A stretch of 59,830 nucleotides of DNA, counting the filler, from Nitrospinae bacterium RIFCSPLOWO2_12_FULL_45_22 (GTDB lineage: Bacteria; 2-12-FULL-45-22): assembly GCA_001803565.1 (NCBI GenBank). It is 7 parts of 7 records of this genome, joined end to end, with 100 filler letters (N's around TTAATTAATTAA, not from the genome) between each part and the next. Parts side by side here need not be neighbours in the genome. Positions count along the whole stretch, not along the records: positions 6,841 to 13,359 come from MHDQ01000270.1; positions 13,460 to 18,985 come from MHDQ01000271.1; 5 more parts are not named here. One strand, written 5' to 3'. Shown here one piece after another: positions 9,219 to 16,805 of the stretch (position 1 is the first letter of the stretch; each line of letters begins with the position of its first letter). Both the position numbers and the translations under genes were made by a program. The notes under the pieces were generated by a model, which made no database searches, was not told where the DNA came from, and was given only the letters and a program-made list of their open reading frames with translations.

Positions 9219-10451
9219 ATGGCCGAATACATTCAATATCCAGAGAAAATATATACTCCTCATTTATGGATTAGGGAAAAATTCCTTATGGGGATGAGTT
9301 TGTCCGCCTATATAAAGAAGCAGTTTACCCCGTTCAATGTTGTAGCTGGTCTCATCCTCCTTGTAGGACTGCCTTTTATCGCTCTCCGCTTCTCTCAGGG
9401 GCTTGCAGCGGTGACGAATGCCAATAGCGACTATCCCTGGGGGTTCATTCTTAGTTTCGGACTTTTTGCCGGGGTCCCTTTAGCCGCCGGAGGATATGTC
9501 CTTGCCTCTACTGTATACCTCTTCGGGCTTAAACAATATCATCCCCTACTCCGCCCTGCTATACTTACAGGCTTTCTCGGTTATTTCTTTGCAGTTGTGT
9601 ATCTACTCATTGACCTGGGACGTCCCTGGCGACTCCCCTATCCCATGTTTATTTACTACGGTCCCGCGTCGGTCCTGTTTCTGGTGGCCTGGCATGTGGC
9701 CCTATACCTATCGGTTCAATTTCTCGAGTTCTGTCCGGCTATATTCGAGTGGCTCGGTACAGAGAGATTCCGGCGGTGGGCCATGAGAATAACCATAGGG
9801 GCCACCATCTTCGGTGTGATCCTCTCGACCCTTCACCAGTCTGCCCTCGGTGCCCTCTTCCTCCTCGCACCAGGGAAACTTCATCCACTTTGGTACTCAC
9901 CGTTGATTCCAGTATTTTTCTTCATCTCAAGCATCTTCGCGGGACTTTCAGTGGTGATTGCTGAAAGTACCCTATCTAGCCGTTTCTTTAAAGACAAAGC
10001 TGACTACCACTATCTAGCGAGTCTCGACAACCTCACCCTTGGCCTTGGTAAAGCAGCTTCGGTTGTCCTCTTTACCTACTTTGGCCTGGAGGTAATTGGT
10101 GTTGCCCACGGGAACCACTGGGCCCTCCTGGGTACACCTTTTGGCTATTGGTTCCTCATAGAGATACTTATGTTCGTCCTTCTTCCTTGCTTTCTCTTTG
10201 CCTTTGGGACTCAGAAGAAGAAGGTAGGCCTTGTCCGCTTTACGGCTTTTCTAACTATCACAGGTATTATTTTCAACCGGCTTACGGTGGTACTTATTGC
10301 ATTAAACTGGAATCTGCCGCACCACGAAATTCCTTATTGGAAGGAATTTGTTATTGTTTTAACTATCATTACCATTCACTTGCTCACGTTCCGTTGGATC
10401 GTTAACCGGATGCCTGTCCTCCGGGAACACCCCGATTATAAAGGCATGTAG
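9219..10451 (+). CDS. NrfD-family integral membrane subunit, HybB/HmcC-like
   Basis: YPWG, DLGRPWR, LSTLHQSALGALF, LHPLWYS; about 10 transmembrane helices. Confidence 0.9.
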   Translation: MAEYIQYPEKIYTPHLWIREKFLMGMSLSAYIKKQFTPFNVVAGLILLVGLPFIALRFSQGLAAVTNANSDYPWGFILSFGLFAGVPLAAGGYVLASTVYLFGLKQYHPLLRPAILTGFLGYFFAVVYLLIDLGRPWRLPYPMFIYYGPASVLFLVAWHVALYLSVQFLEFCPAIFEWLGTERFRRWAMRITIGATIFGVILSTLHQSALGALFLLAPGKLHPLWYSPLIPVFFFISSIFAGLSVVIAESTLSSRFFKDKADYHYLASLDNLTLGLGKAASVVLFTYFGLEVIGVAHGNHWALLGTPFGYWFLIEILMFVLLPCFLFAFGTQKKKVGLVRFTAFLTITGIIFNRLTVVLIALNWNLPHHEIPYWKEFVIVLTIITIHLLTFRWIVNRMPVLREHPDYKGM

Positions 10452-10469
10452 AAGGGAGGAGATATTATT

Positions 10470-11177
10470 ATGGAACATCTATTTATGACTTCAGTCAAAG
10501 GAATAGAATATATAATAGCGGTGATATTTCTCTTTACCTTCATTGTTTTTTGGCGCGTATTAAATATTGGTGGGATTCCGGCCATGGAGTCCTTATCGGT
10601 TGCAGCCGGTGGAGTTGTAAAAAAGATAGGGGATATGGTTGATTGGTTTTTGGTTCCCGATCGGCTATATTTTCACCCCGGACATGCATGGGTAAAAGTA
10701 GAGGATGGTGATGTGGTGCGGGTTGGAATGGATGATTTTGCCCAAAAACTGGTAGGTAAGATTGACGCCCTCAACCTACCGAAGGTCGGCTCCACTGTGA
10801 GTCAAGGAGAAAGAGGGTGGACAGTCCATTTAGGATCAAAATCCGTTGATCTTCTTTCCCCAATAGATGGAAAGATCGTTGCCGTTAATGAGGCACTATT
10901 TAATGCACCGAAGCATATAAATGAGGCCCCTTATGAGGAGGGGTGGTTGATGAAGGTTAAAGTCCCGAGACTTTCGGCAAACTTAAAGAATCTCCTGTCG
11001 GGCAACCTGGCCAGGAGATGGATGGAAGAGGTGAGTGGTAATCTACGTTTAAGATTGGGGGCCAATCTTGGCTTGGTGTATCAAGATGGTGGTTTACCCG
11101 TTGAAGGGCTAGCCAAAAACTTGGATCGGGATAAATGGGATGAGATAGCAAAAGAATTTTTTCTGACTCTAGATTAA
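10470..11177 (+). CDS. Membrane-anchored GcvH-fold protein, no Lys at the canonical lipoyl position
   Basis: N-terminal KGIEY plus one TM helix; YFHPGHAWV..VGMDDFAQKLVG..SPIDGKIVAVN..PYEEGWL; VYQDGG tail. Confidence 0.8.
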   Translation: MEHLFMTSVKGIEYIIAVIFLFTFIVFWRVLNIGGIPAMESLSVAAGGVVKKIGDMVDWFLVPDRLYFHPGHAWVKVEDGDVVRVGMDDFAQKLVGKIDALNLPKVGSTVSQGERGWTVHLGSKSVDLLSPIDGKIVAVNEALFNAPKHINEAPYEEGWLMKVKVPRLSANLKNLLSGNLARRWMEEVSGNLRLRLGANLGLVYQDGGLPVEGLAKNLDRDKWDEIAKEFFLTLD

Positions 11178-11253
11178 TCAAGGGGGGTATGGAACTAACT
11201 CTCGTTTTTTAACTGGCAGAGCTGATTCTGCCACTGATAAGGAGGTGGCTATC

Positions 11254-11649
11254 ATGCAACGGTATTATGGCAGTACCAAGGTCAAGGCAGGGTTTTATTG
11301 GAACCCAAGAGCCTGGGATATAGCGCCTATACCAGGCAAAGGAGGGATATTACCGGGAGATATGGATACTTCTTATTTGAGGGTCCCTATGGTATTGATG
11401 CTTTTTGGCGCCCCGGTGGCAGGTCTGTTTTATGTGATCACCCTCCCAATTTACCTACCCTTAATCATTCTTGGCATAGCCTTTAACTTCCTTGGACAGA
11501 AAATTTACCAGTTGGTCCCAAAACCGGCATCCAAGTTAGTAGACAAATCAAGAAGTGATAATGGGGAAGTAATTTTTGACTCTCATCTGGGTATGGTATA
11601 TCCAGATGGTGGTTTACCTATGGAAGATGAGGCTGAAGATGAACGCTGA
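11254..11649 (+). CDS. Small membrane protein of unknown function with a C-terminal YPDGG motif
   Basis: GGAGG RBS; KVKAGFYWN..GGILPG, hydrophobic hairpin, tail HLGMVYPDGGLPME. Confidence 0.7.
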   Translation: MQRYYGSTKVKAGFYWNPRAWDIAPIPGKGGILPGDMDTSYLRVPMVLMLFGAPVAGLFYVITLPIYLPLIILGIAFNFLGQKIYQLVPKPASKLVDKSRSDNGEVIFDSHLGMVYPDGGLPMEDEAEDER

Positions 11650-12367
11650 AAGAAAGCGGATGCCTATTGTTCCTAATGGGGATTTAGAGTGTGTCTGGAT
11701 GTGGGCAGGGATTGTTACATATAAATTATGTGATTGCAACTATGAATGTGAGCACTGCAGTTTTGATAGGGCCATGAAAGAATGTGATTCGGTCCCTTTC
11801 CATGGGGAAGTAGGGGGTTACAAGCTCTGCCGCACCTTATTTTACCATTCAAGCCATACCTGGGCAGGGGTAGAAGAAGGTGGACATCTCCGTATTGGTC
11901 TGGATGATTTTGGTCAGAACATCCTGGGACCAATTCAAAGGATCTCCCTTCCAAAATTAGGAGCTAGAATAATGGAGGGGAGCATTCAGGTAAGAGGCCG
12001 GGGCATAGATGTTCCTCTATGCCCGCCTGCTGAAGGGTATATTGTTGAGGTGAATAAGCAATTGCTGACTTTTCCTGCCTTGATGAATAGTTACCCCTAC
12101 GATAAAGGATGGGTTGTCCTCATTCGGCCCGTTCATCTTTTGAAGAGCCTGAGGCAACTTTTTTATGGCTATCAAGCGGAAGAATGGTATCGGAGAGAGG
12201 TCTCCCGATTGGGAAGCGCCATTGCCCAGGTAACGCATCTACCGCCATCCAGGGTAGGCCCTACCATGCAGGATGGAGGCATTCCAATATTACAGATCCT
12301 CGATGCGATAGAGCCGAATGAAGCCTCGAAGATTATAAGACAATTTTTCATCCGTAACTGCAATTAG
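11639..12367 (+). CDS. Soluble GcvH-fold protein with N-terminal Cys-rich module, lipoyl Lys absent
   Basis: CVWMWAG..YKLCDCNYECEHCSFD; FYHSSHTWA..IGLDDFGQ..PYDKGWVV; TMQDGG tail. Confidence 0.8.
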   Translation: MNAERKRMPIVPNGDLECVWMWAGIVTYKLCDCNYECEHCSFDRAMKECDSVPFHGEVGGYKLCRTLFYHSSHTWAGVEEGGHLRIGLDDFGQNILGPIQRISLPKLGARIMEGSIQVRGRGIDVPLCPPAEGYIVEVNKQLLTFPALMNSYPYDKGWVVLIRPVHLLKSLRQLFYGYQAEEWYRREVSRLGSAIAQVTHLPPSRVGPTMQDGGIPILQILDAIEPNEASKIIRQFFIRNCN

Positions 12368-12470
12368 GACTTCTCCTATATTATCCCACCAAAAGATAAA
12401 GAAATGTAAAACCATGAATCTTATTGTTTACATTCGAGAGGCATTTTGTTCTGGAAATAGAATTTTATTT

Positions 12471-12601
12471 GGGTGTGGCTATTTTCGGTCAGAAACCAAT
12501 TAACCCTGTAGTGGCAGAGCTTGCTCTGCTAGGAATGTCGAGCAAGCTCGACCACTACAAATTGTATTATATAGGAGTTATGACAAATAATAGCCACACC
12601 C
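12471..12601. mobile_element. MITE-like element, family C, containing a GTAG-type REP doublet (12507-12559)
   Basis: 13-bp TIR GGGTGTGGCTATT/AATAGCCACACCC; 9-bp direct repeat ATTTTATTT on both flanks. Confidence 0.8.
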
Positions 12602-12912
12602 ATTTTATTTCATATGGATCAAACCTCTTGAATATCGGTTATGAGATGGGTAAAAATAATTTATTCAGGCAAAGCCCTGCTGTATGTGCCACTGAGGCAC
12701 ACCAAGTAAGAATGATATAGTATAATTATTTGCTATGATGGGGTTTTAGCCATGCATCCTTACATAGACTTTGGTTGGCGAAAGTACTGCACGATAATGA
12801 GTTGACAGTTGGTACGAGGTCTGATATAGTTATGAAAGAAAATAGAGTAATCCCCACCGAAAATTTTCTTTCTATCCTTTTATAGTGATAAACATCCTAT
12901 CTTTGATGGTGA

Positions 12913-13359
12913 ATGAGCATGCGTCCTTTTGCTTTTAACCTCTCCACTAAACTACTCATTTGCCTCATTGGCAGCATGGCGTTCATCTTTGGCATCATAG
13001 GGGTAATGAGTGTAAGAATGCACCGCCAGCATTTATTGGAAGCTATCGTCATGAGTGCCGACCGGACCAGCGATGTGATCAGGCGCAGTACTCGTTACTC
13101 CATGTTAAAAGATGAACGGAAGGTGGTCTACCAAATTATCAACACTATTGCCCATGAGCCGGGGATGATAAAGATCAGGATTTTCAACAAAGAGGGCAAG
13201 ATTACCTTCTCCACTGATCCACTAGAAATCAACTCCTTTGTCAATAAACAGGCTGAGGCCTGTTACGGATGTCATAGTCGTGCCCAGCCCCTAAGTAAGC
13301 TCTCCAGCCCAGACCGCTCCCGGGATTATTACACTCCGGATAAAAAACACGTCCTGGGT
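12913..13359 (+). CDS. N-terminal part of a membrane sensor (probable histidine kinase) with periplasmic CxxCH; 3' truncated
   Basis: TM helix, then IRIFNKEGKITFS..EACYGCH; the kinase domain lies beyond the contig end. Confidence 0.7.
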
Positions 13360-13459
13360 NNNNNNNNNNNNNNNNNNNNNNNNNNNNNNNNNNNNNNNNN
13401 NNNTTAATTAATTAANNNNNNNNNNNNNNNNNNNNNNNNNNNNNNNNNNNNNNNNNNNN
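13360..13459. other. Artificial contig linker
   Basis: N44-TTAATTAATTAA-N44. Confidence 0.99.
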
Positions 13460-14990
13460 TCTTTTTGGGTTTATGGAATATAGTACCAGCCCTGCCTTCT
13501 GTCACTCCTGCCATATTATGGAGCCTTATTATCAGGCCTGGCGTGGCTCTTCTCATAATTTTGTTGCCTGTGTAGAGTGCCACTATCCTCCGGGAAAGCC
13601 CCAAACTATCCTCTGGAAAAAGTTCCAGGCCATGTCCCAGGTAGTTAAATATGTCACCCGGACTTACTCTTCTAAGCCCTATGCTGAGATAGACGATGCC
13701 TCCTGCCTGCGTTCCGAGTGCCATTCTAGCCGGCTCCTGATTGGTAAAGGGAAGGTGGTCACTGAATCGAATATCATTTTTGACCACCGTCCCCACTTGA
13801 TGGAAGAACGTCGGGACCGCCAGTTGCGTTGTACTTCCTGCCATTCGCAGATCGTAGTAGGTAGGCACGTAGAGGTTACCTGGGAAACCTGTATCTTATG
13901 TCATTTCCGGGGAAAGGTAAGTCCTAGGGGTGCTGAACCGATTGGTGGTTGTCTTGGTTGCCATAGAGTGACAGATAAACCTTTTACCCTGGCTGGTATC
14001 ACCAATACCCATATGAATATCCTTATGAATCGCGAGGGTGTATGCCAGGATTGCCACAGAAATGTTATCCAGGGCGAGGGGGAGGCCCTTCGAGACCGGT
14101 GTCTTATCTGCCATAACCAGCCAGAAAAGGTAGAGCGGATTGGGGAGCTACCCTTTATCCATGAGACCCATATAACCAAGCATAGTGTAGCCTGTTTTCA
14201 CTGTCATAAGGAAATGGAGCATAAAGCTACGGTAGTGCCGCGGTTTGAATATAATTGCAATACCTGCCACACTAAAACCCACTCCCCCCAGTTATTGTTA
14301 TACACTGGCAGGGGGGGGCAGGGATTGCCGGATATGCCCGGTGGTAAATATCAGGCCAATGTTGATTGTATGGCCTGCCACCCTAAGCCAAAAACCAACC
14401 CCAGTAATGGTTCTACCGAGATAACCTTTACTGGTTCCATTAACAGTTGTCCGGATTGTCATAATAAAAAGTTTGTCGAGATAGCAGATTCCTGGAAGAC
14501 TTTATCAAATTCAGCCTTTACTTATCTGGAGCCAAGGCTAAAGAATCTGAAGGCCAGGATAGAAGAAAGAAAGAAAAGCCCACCTTCTGATCGGAAAGAA
14601 ACCCTGGAGACTGCTCTGGCACGGGCGGAACACAACCTTTCGTTTGTCCGGGCGGCCGACGGTATCCATAATATTTACTATGCGGCCCAGATATTACGGA
14701 AGGTGAAAGAGGATTTGGAAGCGGTGGCAAAGGGACTTAATATTAAACTATCAAATCCTGATAACTCTCCCTTTGCCCTTGGTGGTGCTGATGGTTGTAA
14801 TATACTTTGTCACGATAAGATAGGGATCACCGTACCTCCCGAAACGGTTAAATATAAGGGGAAAGAGATGTCCCATACTGTTCATAAAGAGATGGGTTTA
14901 ACCTGTGAGAACTGCCATCGCTTTGACTGGCATAAGAAGGTCCAGTTGATCGCTAAACCGGAAGACTGTCAAACCTGTCATGAGATCTAA
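13460..14990 (+). CDS. Multiheme cytochrome c with NapC/NirT-like N-terminal domain (5' truncated)
   Basis: 13 CxxCH motifs plus CLRSECH and CNILCH; STSPAFCHSCHIMEPYY..W..SSH..VACVECH NapC/NirT pattern; DGIHN.YA in a helical segment. Confidence 0.9.
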
Positions 14991-15128
14991 TTACCCATCT
15001 AATAATCCTTCAACTTTGTTTGACCTTAAAACATTGATGACCTGGATGGTTACCATAACCATGACAATAATAGCTTAGGTAGGGACCTATTTTCAACGCA
15101 ACTTTAGTCTGACTGAGAGGGCAATAAT

Positions 15129-15734
15129 ATGGGAAAGGTCAGGTATGGAATGGTAATTGATCTGCGGCGCTGTGTAGGGTGCCATAGTTGCGTAGTAGCC
15201 TGTAAAGTAGAGAATGAGGTCCCGGTCGGTGTATGGAATTCCTGGGTAAAGATCATCGAGAAGGGTAAATACCCTAAGGTCGGTAAATTTTTTCTGCCCT
15301 CTTTATGTAACAACTGCCAACGGGCTATCTGCGTAACCGTCTGTCCTACTAAGGCGTCATACCAACGAGAAGATGGCATCGTCATGGTTGATCCGCATAA
15401 GTGCATCGGATGTCGCTACTGCATGGCCAGTTGTCCTTACGAAGTCCGCTATATTGATCCCTTGAAGAGATGCGCCCGAAAGTGTTTCTTCTGCTCTCAT
15501 CGGGTAGATGCAGGTATTCAACCAGCCTGTGTACAGACCTGTCCGGCTAAGGCCCGCTCTTTCGGTGATCTGCATGATCCTGGCAGTGAAGTAGCCAGGC
15601 TGATCGCTAGCAACTCTGTTATGGTGCTTAAGCAGTGGATGGCTACATATCCCTCAGTCTTTTATATCGATATGGATATGGATGTAGCTGATCCCTTGCG
15701 GGGGAGTGAATTCAAGTGGAGAGAGGGGGAGTGA
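15129..15734 (+). CDS. 4x[4Fe-4S] electron-transfer subunit, PsrB/TtrB/NrfC-like
   Basis: RYGMVIDLRRCVGCHSCVVAC, CNNCQRAICVTVCP, CIGCRYCMASCP, CFFC..CVQTCP. Confidence 0.9.
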   Translation: MGKVRYGMVIDLRRCVGCHSCVVACKVENEVPVGVWNSWVKIIEKGKYPKVGKFFLPSLCNNCQRAICVTVCPTKASYQREDGIVMVDPHKCIGCRYCMASCPYEVRYIDPLKRCARKCFFCSHRVDAGIQPACVQTCPAKARSFGDLHDPGSEVARLIASNSVMVLKQWMATYPSVFYIDMDMDVADPLRGSEFKWREGE

Positions 15735-15740
15735 GATACC

Positions 15741-16655
15741 ATGGAGCTAAATGTCCTATATAATGTCCATCATGAGATGCCTATCGGTGTGGTCATAGCT
15801 GCCTATTTCTATATGGTGGGACTACATGCCGGGTGTTCTATTATATCAATCAGTGCCACCTTGATTGGCAGGACTGAATATAAGCCGGTAGCCAAGATCG
15901 GGGCAATCGGGGTAATAATCCTCTTTACCCTTGCCCCTATCCTATTGATAGTTGATCTGGAACAACCCTTACGCTTTTGGTACCTATTACTTCGCTTTAA
16001 CCTCGGTTCTCCCATAACCTGGGGCACCTTCTTTCTCATGTCTTATCCTTTAACCACCACTATATATATCTGGCATTTATTCCGGGGAAATGTCCTGGCC
16101 TCTAAGGTTTGGGGGGTAATAAGCCTGCCCTTGGCTGTGGGGGTGCATGGATATACTGGTTTTATCCTGGGTATGGGCAAGGCCCGGGTCCTTTGGAACA
16201 CTGCTATCATGCCGGGTTATTTCTTATCATCGGCTATGGTCTCTGGCTTAGCCCTGATGATCATACTTGCCATCATCAGATTTTATATCATCTCCCACCG
16301 CCTAACACCGGAGCAGAAAGAGGTGGATCATAACCTGATTGTGGGACTCACCCAGATTATGGCAGCCTTTATTGCGGTAAATCTATTCTATGTCTTTTGC
16401 GATATCATCGTAATGTATTACCATACCGAAGATGCCTTTGAAAATGTAGAGTTAGTGAGACTGGGGAAATTTAGCTTTCTCTATATGTGGGTGGATAATT
16501 TTTTAGGGAACGTGATCCCTTTAGTTACTATATTTCTCCCCCGGGTACGCCGGGCCTTACCGGTGCTGGCTATTATTTCACTCCTGGCCCTCATAGGGGT
16601 TTTTGTTATGCGTTATGTCCTGGTGGTTGGTGGGCAATATATTCCATTAAGCTAG
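15741..16655 (+). CDS. NrfD/PsrC-family membrane anchor
   Basis: DLEQPLRF, SPITWG, HGYTG, LWN, RYVLVVGGQ; multiple TM helices. Confidence 0.9.
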   Translation: MELNVLYNVHHEMPIGVVIAAYFYMVGLHAGCSIISISATLIGRTEYKPVAKIGAIGVIILFTLAPILLIVDLEQPLRFWYLLLRFNLGSPITWGTFFLMSYPLTTTIYIWHLFRGNVLASKVWGVISLPLAVGVHGYTGFILGMGKARVLWNTAIMPGYFLSSAMVSGLALMIILAIIRFYIISHRLTPEQKEVDHNLIVGLTQIMAAFIAVNLFYVFCDIIVMYYHTEDAFENVELVRLGKFSFLYMWVDNFLGNVIPLVTIFLPRVRRALPVLAIISLLALIGVFVMRYVLVVGGQYIPLS

Positions 16656-16693
16656 AAGGATTCCTGTTCAAATAACCAGGATTCAAAAAAAAT

Positions 16694-16758
16694 GGTTTTG
16701 AGATTTGTATTTAGGATTTTGATATTGTTTTGGATTTAGTCATTAGGATTTAGAATTT
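16694..16758. repeat. Degenerate short tandem repeats (GATTT/ATTTAGG-like)
   Basis: ggttttgagatttgtatttaggattttgatattgttttggatttagtcattaggatttagaattt. Confidence 0.5.
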
Positions 16759-16805
16759 GTTTAACCGGGTTTCTCTCAGTAAATGTAACATCATCAGCAA
16801 GGGGG

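Noticed and set aside
8308-10451. Hydrogenase-2 operon
   Set aside because: Only HybA/HybB-like genes are present; no NiFe large or small subunit or maturation genes.
7436-12367. Glycine cleavage system or sHdr-LbpA sulfur oxidation
   Set aside because: The lipoyl Lys is absent and there are no gcvP/T/L, hdr or lipoate ligase genes on the contig.
12913-14990. Apparent continuous respiratory island joining the GcvH/HybAB cluster to the multiheme/Psr-like operon
   Set aside because: A linker at 13360-13459 separates them, so adjacency is unsupported. The same applies to mobA next to the Mo-enzyme chaperone across 25055-25154.
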